A DNA stretch of 64,000 bases. Origin: Eledone cirrhosa (taxonomy: Eukaryota). Shown piece after piece: positions 52,647 through 64,000 of this stretch. The first letter of the stretch is position 1. Each line of letters opens with the position of its first letter. The position numbers were made by a program, and so were the translations under genes. Where the stretch lies: the NCBI GenBank assembly GCA_964016885.1, contig OZ024741.1, forward strand, positions 162,998,001 to 163,062,000, read 5' to 3'. Below the pieces are notes generated by a model that worked only from the letters and a program-made list of their open reading frames with translations, was not told the origin of the DNA and did not search any database.

Positions 52647-55600
52647 AGCGAGTGAGTGAAAATATGATATGAAATAGTTACGTGATATTTTGTCAATACT
52701 TTCTTTACTTTCTCCAACGTAAGCTACATATTCAGAAAAAGAAGGAAAATAAGAAACACAACACACGTTTATCAAACTAAAAGAAAAATGATTTTAACAG
52801 TATAGGAAAGCATGCAGTGTAAAGAGCTACTCAGTTTGATGTATTGTATATATACGAATTGGACTGTCGCAAGGGTGTTAATAACAAACACAAATCGAAA
52901 CAGACTCAATCATAGAAATATGTTTAGAGCTGGACACCTATGGATGCGTATATATTCGAGTTGAGACCAGTGATAGTGTATCTACTTAGACGCTTGATCT
53001 GCTAGAAATAGCAGCGATATCTTCTTCAAATCACTTGCAAAATCGGTCTCATTAATTGCAATCCCTGTTGAATTGGAATTCCCAAGTTTTGACGATGAGT
53101 GTCCCGTTGTTTAAACAAGGGAACAGTCTGGTTTTGAAGTTAACGTGTACATGACTGATTATTCCCCAGACACATGTGTGACAAATTGAAAGTTTGAATT
53201 ACAATTGCAATCCGTCTGACGAACCTCCAAATATTTTTCTTCTATTTAATTCCACTCACAAGGTTTGGGGGTGATCCAAAGTTATGGTAGATGGCATTTG
53301 TCCAGGTAACCCCACAGCGGGACCGAGCCCATGAACGTATGTTTCAGAAACAAACTTCTTCCCAATTCCGCCGTGTAGCCTTCACAATCCTTCATATATT
53401 ATGCCTGAGAAATAAAGCGAATCTGATGGTTATAGCTGAAACATCATTGATAATAGGTCTGATGGAACAGCACTAACCATTAACTAAGCAACATAATAAA
53501 TAAAGACACACAATCATGCGACAACGAGAAACTCTTTACTTGGTATATTAAATTGTTAGAAAAAGCTGCTAAAGATCACTAAATATCACCATAAAAATGT
53601 GAAGAAAACATTAGACAATATAGTTTGAAGTATATATACAAAAGAATAAAAATAGAAGACAGAATAACAAGGGCTGGAATGCTTTTGGTCACAGGTTTAC
53701 ACTGTTAATGATTATCTAAGGCTAAAGAATAACAATAGCAATGTATAAGGACACAAAGGAAAGGAAGGGACTGGAGCCTATCCTCTGTCCAGACTAAAAA
53801 ATCCGTGTTGTCATAATATAATTGTTTCTATTTTAGGCACAAGGTCAGTAATTTTGAGGGGAGGGGAAAGTCGATTAAATCTACCCCAGTGCATTACTGG
53901 TAATTTATTTTATCGATCCCGTAAGGATGAGAGGCAATGCTAATCTCGGCAGAATTTGAAATCAGAACGTAAAGTGTCGTAACACTATGCCGCTAAGCAT
54001 GTCCGATGCTCTACCGATTCTGCTAATCCAAGGATAATATCAGCGTTACATTATCTGCCGGTCGAAAATCCTGTCGTAACGCAAAGTGGTGGATCAGATG
54101 CCACAAAGTATCGCGACAACCCACTGCTTGGTAGTTTATTTATTAACACCGAAATGATTAACTGAAAAGTTGATCTCAGCGGGATTCGAACTCGGACACA
54201 CTTAGGTATAACAAATGCCGAGGCATTTAAATGCCCATCCTAACGAATCTGGTAATTCACAGGATGATATCTTAATGAAAAAATAGAAATAGCAAGAAAG
54301 AAGAAAACTAACATGATCTCTATTTATCTAAGTAGTTATTTGTTTGTCTGTGTGTGTTTGTCAAGATGATCACAAAGGAACTTAATCAACTCCAGTATAT
54401 TCACTGTATCTATTACCTCATTTCTCGGAGAAAATAAAGCAACATTTCATGTCGTGGGGTAATATAATTCATTTAAAACATAGAGATAGGCGTATGACTA
54501 TAAGAATTGGAACATCAAAGCTATCGCTTGATCTCTTAACGATATTACGAATTGTCATCAATGAGGTAACTTTTCTGTGTTCTCTCACTCTGTAATAAAT
54601 AGTAGACATTAAAGAACATGCTAGATAACGTATTTTCAGATACACTATGAACGATTTGAATATTTTCGATGATAAGTGCCCTCAACTAATAATCTGCGTT
54701 ACTGCTCTTCCATTTTTTGGTTATGTTACGTCGATGCGATTGTGATAAAAAATAGTATGCTGATGAAATGTATGCATAGCATTCACAACTTGGATAGCAG
54801 CCAAGATAGCTTCCTACTGTATTGTCCTTGTTTCTGAAACTATGCACTGATTATGTGTCACCAAAGATGAGTGTGAAACAGGTTCAGTGGAGCGGTTCGC
54901 ATGGAGTGCATAAATAATGTCTTGCGAAAAAAAACAAAACTTCAATCAACCGACACAATTTCAAGATCGAAACTCCCTTTCGGAGGTTTAATTGATAGGG
55001 AGCACGAAAAGTGTCGAACTCCTAGAATCCGGACTTTCCCACCTGACTCTTCAGTTCTCACTAGCTGAGTCCACACTGTTGCAAGCTTTCGAGCCTGGTC
55101 TCCGATTTGAAGATATCTCCTTTTAACCAGATATATAGGTCCTGGAAAGGATCATGGACACTGCCGTATATCCCCATTGATTAAATAATTATTTCTAACA
55201 TTGGCACAAGCCCGGAAATATTGGGGGAAAAGAATGTCAATTATATTGATATTTAACTGGTACTTTATTTAATTGAGCTTGGAGGGGTGAAAAGTATCGT
55301 TGATCTCGACGAGATTTGAATTCAGAATGTAATGCGCCGTAACTAAATATCGCAAATTATTAATTTACAGTCCTTCCCTGATTAAAAATATAGAAGAAAA
55401 AGGAATTTTAAGCAAAATTCGTCTTTACAATTATAATTTCATGTGAATTAAAACTGTGATGCCTTTCACTTCACCATGCGATACAATGAATATGTATAAA
55501 TTAACTATATAATATTTACATATGTAAATCATGAAATATACGATTAGTATCAACAGAATATAATTACCATAGATATGCATTCTAGTAAATTTATAGCCAC

Positions 55601-56185
55601 ATCTTGAAGAGGGCAACGCTGGGTGTTCTGCTAATAAATATATAAACATATGTACATAAATGTATAATCGTATGTCTAATGTATGAGATAACGACGTTTC
55701 ACTTTTAAATATTTTTATTGCATATCGAGCGTTATCTGTTTGACAGGTGATTGGTTCTAGAGATGAAAATGAATATGTCCAGGCCCTAAAAATGAAAATG
55801 TTTCGATTTGAGTCCACACAGCTGATGTGCAAATCAATATTAGAGTCAGGTTTATCACATCGATAAAAAACCTAGAGCTAATCATCTGCGAAACATATGT
55901 AACGTTCGATATATAATAACAGTATTTCAAAGTGAAAATTTCTCATCTCATACATAACATATGATCTCTGCTTTTATGACATCGAGTACTCGTGTTAGTG
56001 TCACCTCCAGTATTGAAGAAAATTACTGAAAGACACACAGACACGCGCACACGCATATAACTACCTATCTACCTCTCTATATATATAACGATTAATCGAT
56101 ATTCATACTCATATATAGATTGTCTTTATATATATATATATACATACATATACATTTATATATATATATATATATATACTTACAT

Positions 56186-56233
<48 letters not shown>

Positions 56234-56235
56234 TT

Positions 56236-56270
<35 letters not shown>

Positions 56271-57049
56271 CACACACACACTCTTGTCTAGAGGAAGTTT
56301 TCCTCTCTCTCTCATTCTACACAAACGCACACATGTACACGCGTGCGTACACATATGTACTCTTGTGAGTGCGTGTTTGTGTTGTGTGTACAAGCTATTA
56401 ACCTTTCCTTTACAAACAATTATTGCAGAGGTAGCATCACCAGTGAACGAAGCTATATACAATGAAGGCTATCAGATTAATTTCATAGGCAGGAAATTAC
56501 AAAATAACATGATGCTTTGTATTCACCTACTATCCTGTTACTTAGTCTATACATTGAGGCTTATATTGTGGCAGTGATAAACATCGATTTAGACAGTCAT
56601 TTATGCACAGCAAACCTTATTTACACATACATGTAACTATGTATGTTTTTTTTTTGTTTCTCTATCTTGTTCTAATTCGTTTTCTTTTCATTTCTTCCTT
56701 CTTTCTCTCCTTTCTCATGCCCTTCCACATACCCATTCTATTCCAATGGCAGCCATCCATCCCACATTTCCCTTCCAGTTCTCCCTTATTCATATATACT
56801 ATTTTGGCAATTGAATGTTTAGTCATGTCTGGGGATCTTGTGAGATAACACACACACACACACACACACATGGGCACACACACACACACACACATGGGCG
56901 CACACACACACACATGGGTGCACACACACACACACACACACGCATACGCACACGCACACACACACACGCACACGCACACGCACACACACACGCACACGCA
57001 CACGCACGCACACACGCGCACACACACATACACACATATATATACACAA

Positions 57050-57119
<70 letters not shown>

Positions 57120-57124
<5 letters not shown>

Positions 57125-57214
57125 CATACGTGTGTCTCTGCTTATGTAGAGGTATATATTCGTATATATTTGCATATATGTATGTTCTTCTGGTTTGATT
57201 ATTTTATAAATGTT

Positions 57215-57267
<53 letters not shown>

Positions 57268-57330
57268 TCAATTTCTAATATAGAAACAAAATCCGTTGGA
57301 ATTTTGATGTCAACTAGGTAAATAGGTGTG
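57120..57330. repeat. About 200-bp dispersed repeat embedded in microsatellites
   Basis: Near-identical to about 43470-43675 (ACGTGTGTCTCTGCTTATG...TCAACTAGGTAAATAGG). Confidence 0.8.
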
Positions 57331-57808
57331 TGTGTGTGTGTGTATGTGTGAATATAACATGCCACCCAATACAGTAATCTATCATACAACCTTATGATTG
57401 TGAGTTCAACACTCTATTCAGTACATATATTGCACTAAAATAGTGGGATTCATAACAGAAATGTATACGGAGCCATATACGATATGAACCACTGGCGCTT
57501 TGTCCTCCCTGCCTCAATCTTTGTGCAGTTCTAATATTTCCTTTAAATAAACCCTGAGACACACACACATACACGTATATATGCACTGTCATATATTATA
57601 TTTGAAAAAAATCTCCATTTACACCTATATGCCAAGAGTCCATTTCTAGCTTACGTCTACAGAAACCGATTAACGGTTTCACCAGAACATATAATCTGTT
57701 ATCGAAATTGACGTCAAATTATTTTTCTTTCTCGATGTATTTACACGAATACACACTATCCAGCACATCCAATTCATAGAACTCAAATACCCCCTGATTA
57801 CATAAGAT

Positions 57809-58460
<652 letters not shown>

Positions 58461-58512
58461 GATATATATACAAATTAAAATGAAGAATTAGAAATAGAAG
58501 CCAGGGCTATCC

Positions 58513-58583
58513 ATCATCAGTGATCTACTAGCCATCATAGGTATTTCTTCGCATTAAAGACCAGATACTTCTGGCTAGCGCGA
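58513..58583 (-). ncRNA. Candidate non-circularly permuted hammerhead ribozyme (family 2)
   Basis: TCGCG-CTAGCCA g AAGTA-TC-TGGTCT-ttaa-TGCGA-A-GAAA-TACCT atga TGGCTAG-t-AGATCA-CTGATGA-T. Confidence 0.7.
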
Positions 58584-59493
58584 ACAATAACTAAAATAAG
58601 TTATTGGGATAAAAAGAATTTGGTGGAGGAAGAGAGACAGGTAAACAAACATGAATGGTGAGGCAACGTAAAGAGAGGAAAAATGAGAAAATCAAGTCAA
58701 TGATTCATTTGAACATAAGAACTTGCGAATATTGACGAGAAGACGAGAGACACATCCCAACCATGCGAAAATAAGCGAGGAAAGAATTACGCACGGTGTG
58801 GGACGATGGAGGAAGTGAGAGAGAGGGTCAGTAGCAGAGAGTGAGTGAGTGAAAGTGTGAGGAAGAGGCTAGCCGAGAGAGGGTGACTAGCAGAGGGGGT
58901 GAATGGAAGTAAGCGGGAGAAGGAGAGAGAAGGGGAGAGAGAAAGAAGATAGCAGTAAGGGACGACAAAAAGACAGGTTACAGAGAAGGGGTAAACATAG
59001 AGGAATGAAAAATGGCGTGCTGTGTTGTTGCAGATGTGATATACAAATTAAAATGTATAATTAGAAATAGAAGCCAGGACTATCCATCATCAGTGTTCTA
59101 CTAGCCATCTTCCCTTACTGTTATACTCTTTCTCCCCCCCCCTCCTTCTCTCTCTTTCTCCCTCTTATATTAATTCACCCCCTCTGCTACTCATCCTCTC
59201 TCGGCTAGCCTTTTCCTCACACTTTCACTCACTCACTCTCTGCTACTCACCTTCTCTCTCACTTTCTCCATCGTCCCACACCGGGCGAAATTCTTTCCTC
59301 GCTTACTTTCGCATGGTTAAGATATGTCTTTCGTCTTCTCGTCAATATTCGCAAGTTCTTATGTTCAAATGAATCATTGAGTTGATTTTCTCATTTTTCC
59401 TCTCTTTACGTTGCCTCACCATTCGTGTTTGTTTACCTGTCTCTCGTTCTCCACCCAATTCTTTTTATCCCAATAACTTATTTTAGTTATTGT

Positions 59494-59564
59494 TCGCGCT
59501 AGCCAGAGGTATCTGGTCTTTAATGCGAAGAAATACATGTTATGGCTAATAGACCACTGATAAT
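59494..59564 (+). ncRNA. Candidate non-circularly permuted hammerhead (family 2, decayed core CTGATAA)
   Basis: TCGCG-CTAGCCA g AGGTA-TC-TGGTCT-ttaa-TGCGA-A-GAAA-TACAT gtta TGGCTAA-t-AGACCA-CTGATAA-T. Confidence 0.6.
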
Positions 59565-59646
59565 GGATAGTCCTGGCTTCTATTTCTAATTCTTCATTTT
59601 AATTTGTATATCACATTTGCAACAACACAACACGCCATTTTTCATT

Positions 59647-59706
<60 letters not shown>

Positions 59707-59951
59707 AGGGAATTGTAATTTACTTGAAGCATTGCGTAGTTAGGTATAAACGTTTGGAGTCAGAAGGTCAGAACAATGCAGGTATGGATATAGAATATAA
59801 ATACAAATGCAAAAGATATTGCTGACAATTAGTCTTTTACCTTCAATTTATTTGAATATCCTTAATTTTCGAGATAATATCTCTTCTTAGGTGTGTGCGT
59901 GTGTGTGTGAAATGGTATGTGGAGGTGTAAGTGTGGGGCTAGGTGCTCTAT

Positions 59952-60665
59952 CATGTTAAAAATTGGGTGTTGAATTCTAGTCTGTTATTGATTGGTGGTT
60001 GTGTTTTGACTATAATAAGTGCTTCTTTAATTCTAAGATGCCGAGGTTTCTTTGCTTAGCTTCTATCTTAACTATTATGTTTTTATCGGTGTTTTGCATT
60101 TCGCTAGGTGTTTCTTAAATGAGCAAGCGTTAGAGTTGAGGTGTTCTTTTATTCTAATGTGAAGTGGTCTGGTGGTGCTACCTATGGAGAAATATTTGCA
60201 TTTGTCGCACTCTAATCTGTATACGACGTAAGCCTGGTGGCATAGGTCTGTATCGTCGATGGGGCAGTTGGCTAGCCTGCAGCGGCTGTCATGTTTGGTG
60301 GAGTGTCTTTTGGTTAGCTATCCGCGTAGAGAAGGTCCTGAGTGGGCTAGCTGGATATCTAGTCCCTCTCGTCTGATAGCTTTGCGGATGACTGTTGTTG
60401 TTTCGTCACTGAAGTGTGGGAGCTTCAGGAAGCAGGTGTTAGTGCCTCGGGTGTGGTGTCCTCTGTTGTTTCTGGCACGGTTCTCGGTGGACGTTGGGTA
60501 TCCGTTCAGTTTAAGTACTTCCAGAAATGTGTGGTGTATGTGTCCCGGTCTCTTGCGTCGGTGCATTTGTTCTGGATACGTGTTAGTTCGTTCCTCATGT
60601 ATCCGAACTTAGCGCTGACTGGGAGGGCTGATCTGAAATGTACGAACAGGTCCCTGCTTTTTTAG
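59952..60665 (-). pseudogene. Penelope-like element RT thumb + GIY-YIG remnant (different subfamily)
   Basis: LFVHFRSALP...LKLNGYP...FLKLPHFSD...CRLANCPI..LCHQAYVVYRLECDKCKYFSIGSTTRPLHIRIKEH...EALII...PPINNR. Confidence 0.88.
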
Positions 60666-60780
60666 ATAGATACATAGCTATAACGTAGCGCCCTTATAAT
60701 ATGTCTCTGTATGTCTGCCTGTCTGCATTAGATAACGCTTTTCGAAATATTTACTTCTGCGTTCACAGACGGATTTTTTT

Positions 60781-60831
60781 AGTTTCAGAAGATCCCGTTA
60801 AGGGTGAAAGCAGCGATTCTTTGCTTAAACT
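60781..60831 (+). ncRNA. Variant type-I hammerhead fold with CAGAAGA core (best-preserved copy)
   Basis: AGTTT-CAGAAGA-t-CCC gttaa GGG-t-GAAA-GCAG cgattct TTGC-TT-AAACT. Also at 12567-12617, 19403-19453(-), 19616-19666, 31869-31919(-) and 34119-34169. Confidence 0.55.
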
Positions 60832-60919
60832 TTAATCTATTATTTTAATATATATATTCGTGTACAAATATTTTTGCATACACAAAAACAAAAACCTATT
60901 TATTTCACGAAAGCACAGA

Positions 60920-61779
60920 CGGCTTATCGTATTGTTACTGTTCGAGGTTAGAGGACCTCAGTCTTTCCAAGATCTGAGAACGATCAATGGCCATCAATGT
61001 TCCACTTACCGTTTGGCTTGCCAGATGCGTGGTATGTTACACGATGACAGCCATTGGCACCTCACCCTGCAAGAAGCAGCAACTGCTAAAGCCTCTTCTC
61101 AGCTGCGAAAACCTTTTGCTATTGTGCTGCACAACTGCGAACTCGCCAAGCCTCTCGCACTGTAGAACAACCACCGTGAAAGTCTAGCCGAGGACATCCT
61201 CCACCGCACACGCGGTAACATACGATGTCGTTGTCAATGAGGCGCTCATTTGTCTTGAAAACAGTGTCCTGGTGATTGGTGGTAGGCCTCTAAATTACTA
61301 CAGCTTACATGCTCCTGACAGGAGTGTCCAGAGGTCAACGTCTATAGAGCATCTCCGCGAGACGAGCTACGAAATCAGTGATTCTCCCATGGTCAATTGT
61401 ATGTAGGATGCTCTAGGGTGAGCTCGCCAAACAATCTCTTCATCTTTGCTCCGGAGGGCCGAACAAAAAATATTGTATACTCTGAGGCTCTAACGATGTA
61501 ATTTAAATATTTTCTGTTACTTGGAATTTCCATTATGGTTGTACACATTATTGTAAAGCTTGTTAAAAAATGTGTTCTCTGTTTAGCCTTTATTGTTGTA
61601 ACTATCAATGTTCTTTAACCTACTGGTTGCTGAACTGGGCAATACTAAAAACTATTCAAACCCAACATCAGAGGCCGTGCGGTATCTTTGCACTGGGGTG
61701 GAGGGTGGATTCCTGAAAAGATAAAATGCTGATATACCTAGCCGGGCGCCAACCGGGCGCCAGCCGGACGGGCCACATA

Positions 61780-61782
<3 letters not shown>
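60920..61782 (+). mobile_element. Helitron Rep-helicase fragment with probable 3' terminus
   Basis: LLLFEVRGPQSFQDLRTINGHQCSTYRLACQMRGMLHDDSHWHLTLQEAA...QLRKPFAIVLHNC...LAEDI is the typical RepHel linker. A GC-rich hairpin region ends in CATAG|T at about 61780. Confidence 0.82.
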
Positions 61783-61862
<80 letters not shown>

Positions 61863-62119
61863 AAAGTAACTCCATAGAATCATTTGATAAAATATATACA
61901 GTATTTCTCCTCCCAATCAGCATAATTAACCACACAAAAAATCAAGTAAACGAGGCTATAAATAAATGATAGATATTTTATCCGCGATCAACAGCCACAG
62001 AAGATTTACCTAGTATTTCTAATAGCCCGTAGAAATTTATTAGACATATAGCCAACCATACACAATTAGGTACAACATCAAAATTAGAAGAAAGAATGTA
62101 CATAAACATACCAAAATTA

Positions 62120-62204
62120 TGTTTCTACCCCATGACGTTTCATTCGCTTTTTGGAAATATCCGATCATGGATAAATTCACGAGTTTCTAAATCATCAGGA
62201 AACA
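62120..62204 (-). ncRNA. Type-I hammerhead fold, partly decayed
   Basis: TGTTTC-CTGATGA-[long imperfect helix II]-GAAA-CGTCATGGGG-TA-GAAACA; 6-bp helix I and near-palindromic helix III. Confidence 0.65.
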
Positions 62205-62338
62205 AACTCAATTGGACAAAGATTTTTCTTAAATGATCCCCGCCAGAAACGAATTCAAAATGGCTAAACATTGTCGCATATGTATATCTATGCCTCTGTC
62301 TAGTTTATGTATATGTAAACCTATATATTTTATATATA

Positions 62339-62453
<115 letters not shown>

Positions 62454-62949
62454 AGAGAAAGAAAGACTTAGAAAGAATGAGCCATGGATGAGAGCGAAAA
62501 ACGAGAGAATGAGAGTAAAAGAGAGATGTAAACACAGAAAAGGCGTATAAATATAAACATGCACATACATAAACTGAAGAACATACACGTGTTTATATAC
62601 GTATTTCTCATTAGATTACACTAGCATTCACTCATATCATATATGTGTATAGATTATTTTCTAAATTGTGCCATATTACTAGTTATATGTTAAATTTTGA
62701 ACTGGTTTCAACCAGAAAGTATATATTTTTTGGCTATTGCTTAGGTCTCTTTCCAGCGATCCAGGTCACCCGGCACACACGAGTAAGCCATAGAACACCT
62801 TCTCTATTTAAGGCTTTTGACATCTTGGGGGGGATTTTCTCCTCCCCAGCGGCCTTTCCACATTTGAGCTCTTTAAATGTTCATTTGACCTCAGCCTTTT
62901 GTGACATCAGAAGATGCTGTTGTGATCGGGTTTAGAAGATCAGCAATGT

Positions 62950-63330
62950 ATTAGTTCGACCTCGTGAGGATACATCTCTCCGGAGACAGGGAAACCCCAG
63001 ATGCGTTCTTGATAGCAGGTGTTGAGGAGGGCTTCTTATCATGAAGTCGGTGGATCATCTGCCAGACACTTTATTTGCTGATCTGAAGTCTGATTCCAGC
63101 TTAACCCCCAAAGTCCTTCCCTTTTTTGCGCAGCTCGGAGATCAGAGAGCCACTCCGGGTAGAGCCGCTACTTCTTCGAATTGATAGATAACAACTCCGA
63201 CTATAGGCATGTGGTTAGAATGTCTCAGGAAGGAGACCCAGGAGTTGACCCCGAGCAAGATGGTTGGATAACATCCATGAGCTTTGCTGATCCAGCCGGA
63301 TCAGTTGGCGGCGGTTGCTTCTGACAGGAA
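62950..63330 (+). mobile_element. RTE-like LINE 3' remnant
   Basis: RRPRS*PRARWLDNIHE trace. Shares GCGGTTGCTTCTGACAGG-like sequence with about 11760. Confidence 0.45.
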
Positions 63331-63471
63331 GGAATAAGTGGGCAAAGAACAAGAAAAAGAAGTATATATTTTACAATATAACACGAAGAAAATATTGCAA
63401 TATATATTAATGTGTATGTTAATATATATATGTGTGTGTATGCTGGTGTGTGTGAGTGTTGGAGTGAATAG

Positions 63472-63571
<100 letters not shown>

Positions 63572-64000
63572 TTATATATGTGTGTGTCTGTGTATATACA
63601 TATATATATTCAACCACTTAAGCCTGTTGCCTATCTCTTTAGAGGCTGGTCAGCGCGTAGGTGTATGTATGTGTTGGCATATGAGAGTGACTCGGAACTT
63701 GACTGCTCGACGCCCACCGCTTTACAGTGACTGCCTGATTCTGGCGCTATGATAGGCATAATTCTGAGCTAAAAGCTACATTAGAATCTAGGTATCAGAT
63801 GACAAGGAAGAAATCTATGTTTAGACTGTCTTTTAGGAATAAAATATAGAGTAGGAAAAATGACTTGGATCTGTACTTGCAACTAAGCCATGCCTGGTAA
63901 TGACAATCGGAGCATAAATTGAGACTCACCATATAGGAAGTTGGTAAGCGTAAGACATTATGAAGGAAGTACACCGCAAAAAACAAATATCCATGCGGTT

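Larger units (their letters stand above)
58470..59648. mobile_element. 573-bp unit x1.1 (-) plus inverted copy (+), between (TA)n arrays
   Basis: TACAAATTAAAATG at 58469 and 59042; 59109-59648 is the reverse complement. Homologous to the 627-bp unit at 9487. Confidence 0.82.

Noticed and set aside
54760-55070. CTGATGA (54761) and minus-strand CTGAAGA...GAAAGTCCGGATTC motifs
   Set aside because: The first lacks GAAA; the second lacks helices I and II.
55690-56480. Minus-strand short exon-like pieces, one reading like a signal peptide (MISSRFFIDVINLTLILICTSAVWT)
   Set aside because: It stops after 42 codons, has no recognisable domain, and no consistent splice chain could be built; RNA-seq would be needed.
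57388-57475. CTTATGA-helix-GAAA-TGTATACG hammerhead-like remnant (similar traces near 10890, 11486 and 59850)
   Set aside because: Core, UH site and helix I are each defective; too decayed to call.

Overview
AT-rich, repeat-saturated metazoan intergenic or intronic DNA with no host gene I can support. The SINE and microsatellite make-up suggests a cephalopod (Octopus-like) genome; this is inference. Large elements are an intact 1130-aa R4/Dong-type RLE non-LTR retrotransposon between (TAA)n arrays (ORF 15792-19184) and a full-length but disrupted Tx1/L1-type LINE with a probable 17-bp TSD (about 45651-51347, minus). There are also three Penelope-like (GIY-YIG) remnants, hAT and Helitron remnants and many tRNA-derived SINEs. 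The main signal is a set of short (0.2-1.5 kb) non-coding elements wedged between (TA)n arrays, often as partial tandems or fold-back palindromes. They carry hammerhead ribozyme folds from about ten sequence-unrelated families, mostly minimal type-I forms with palindromic helix III. Two diverged families (9.5-10.6 kb and 58.5-59.6 kb) share what looks like a non-circularly permuted, pseudoknotted hammerhead supported by covariation, and one multi-copy family has a fixed CAGAAGA core variant. All folds were derived by eye and none has been tested.
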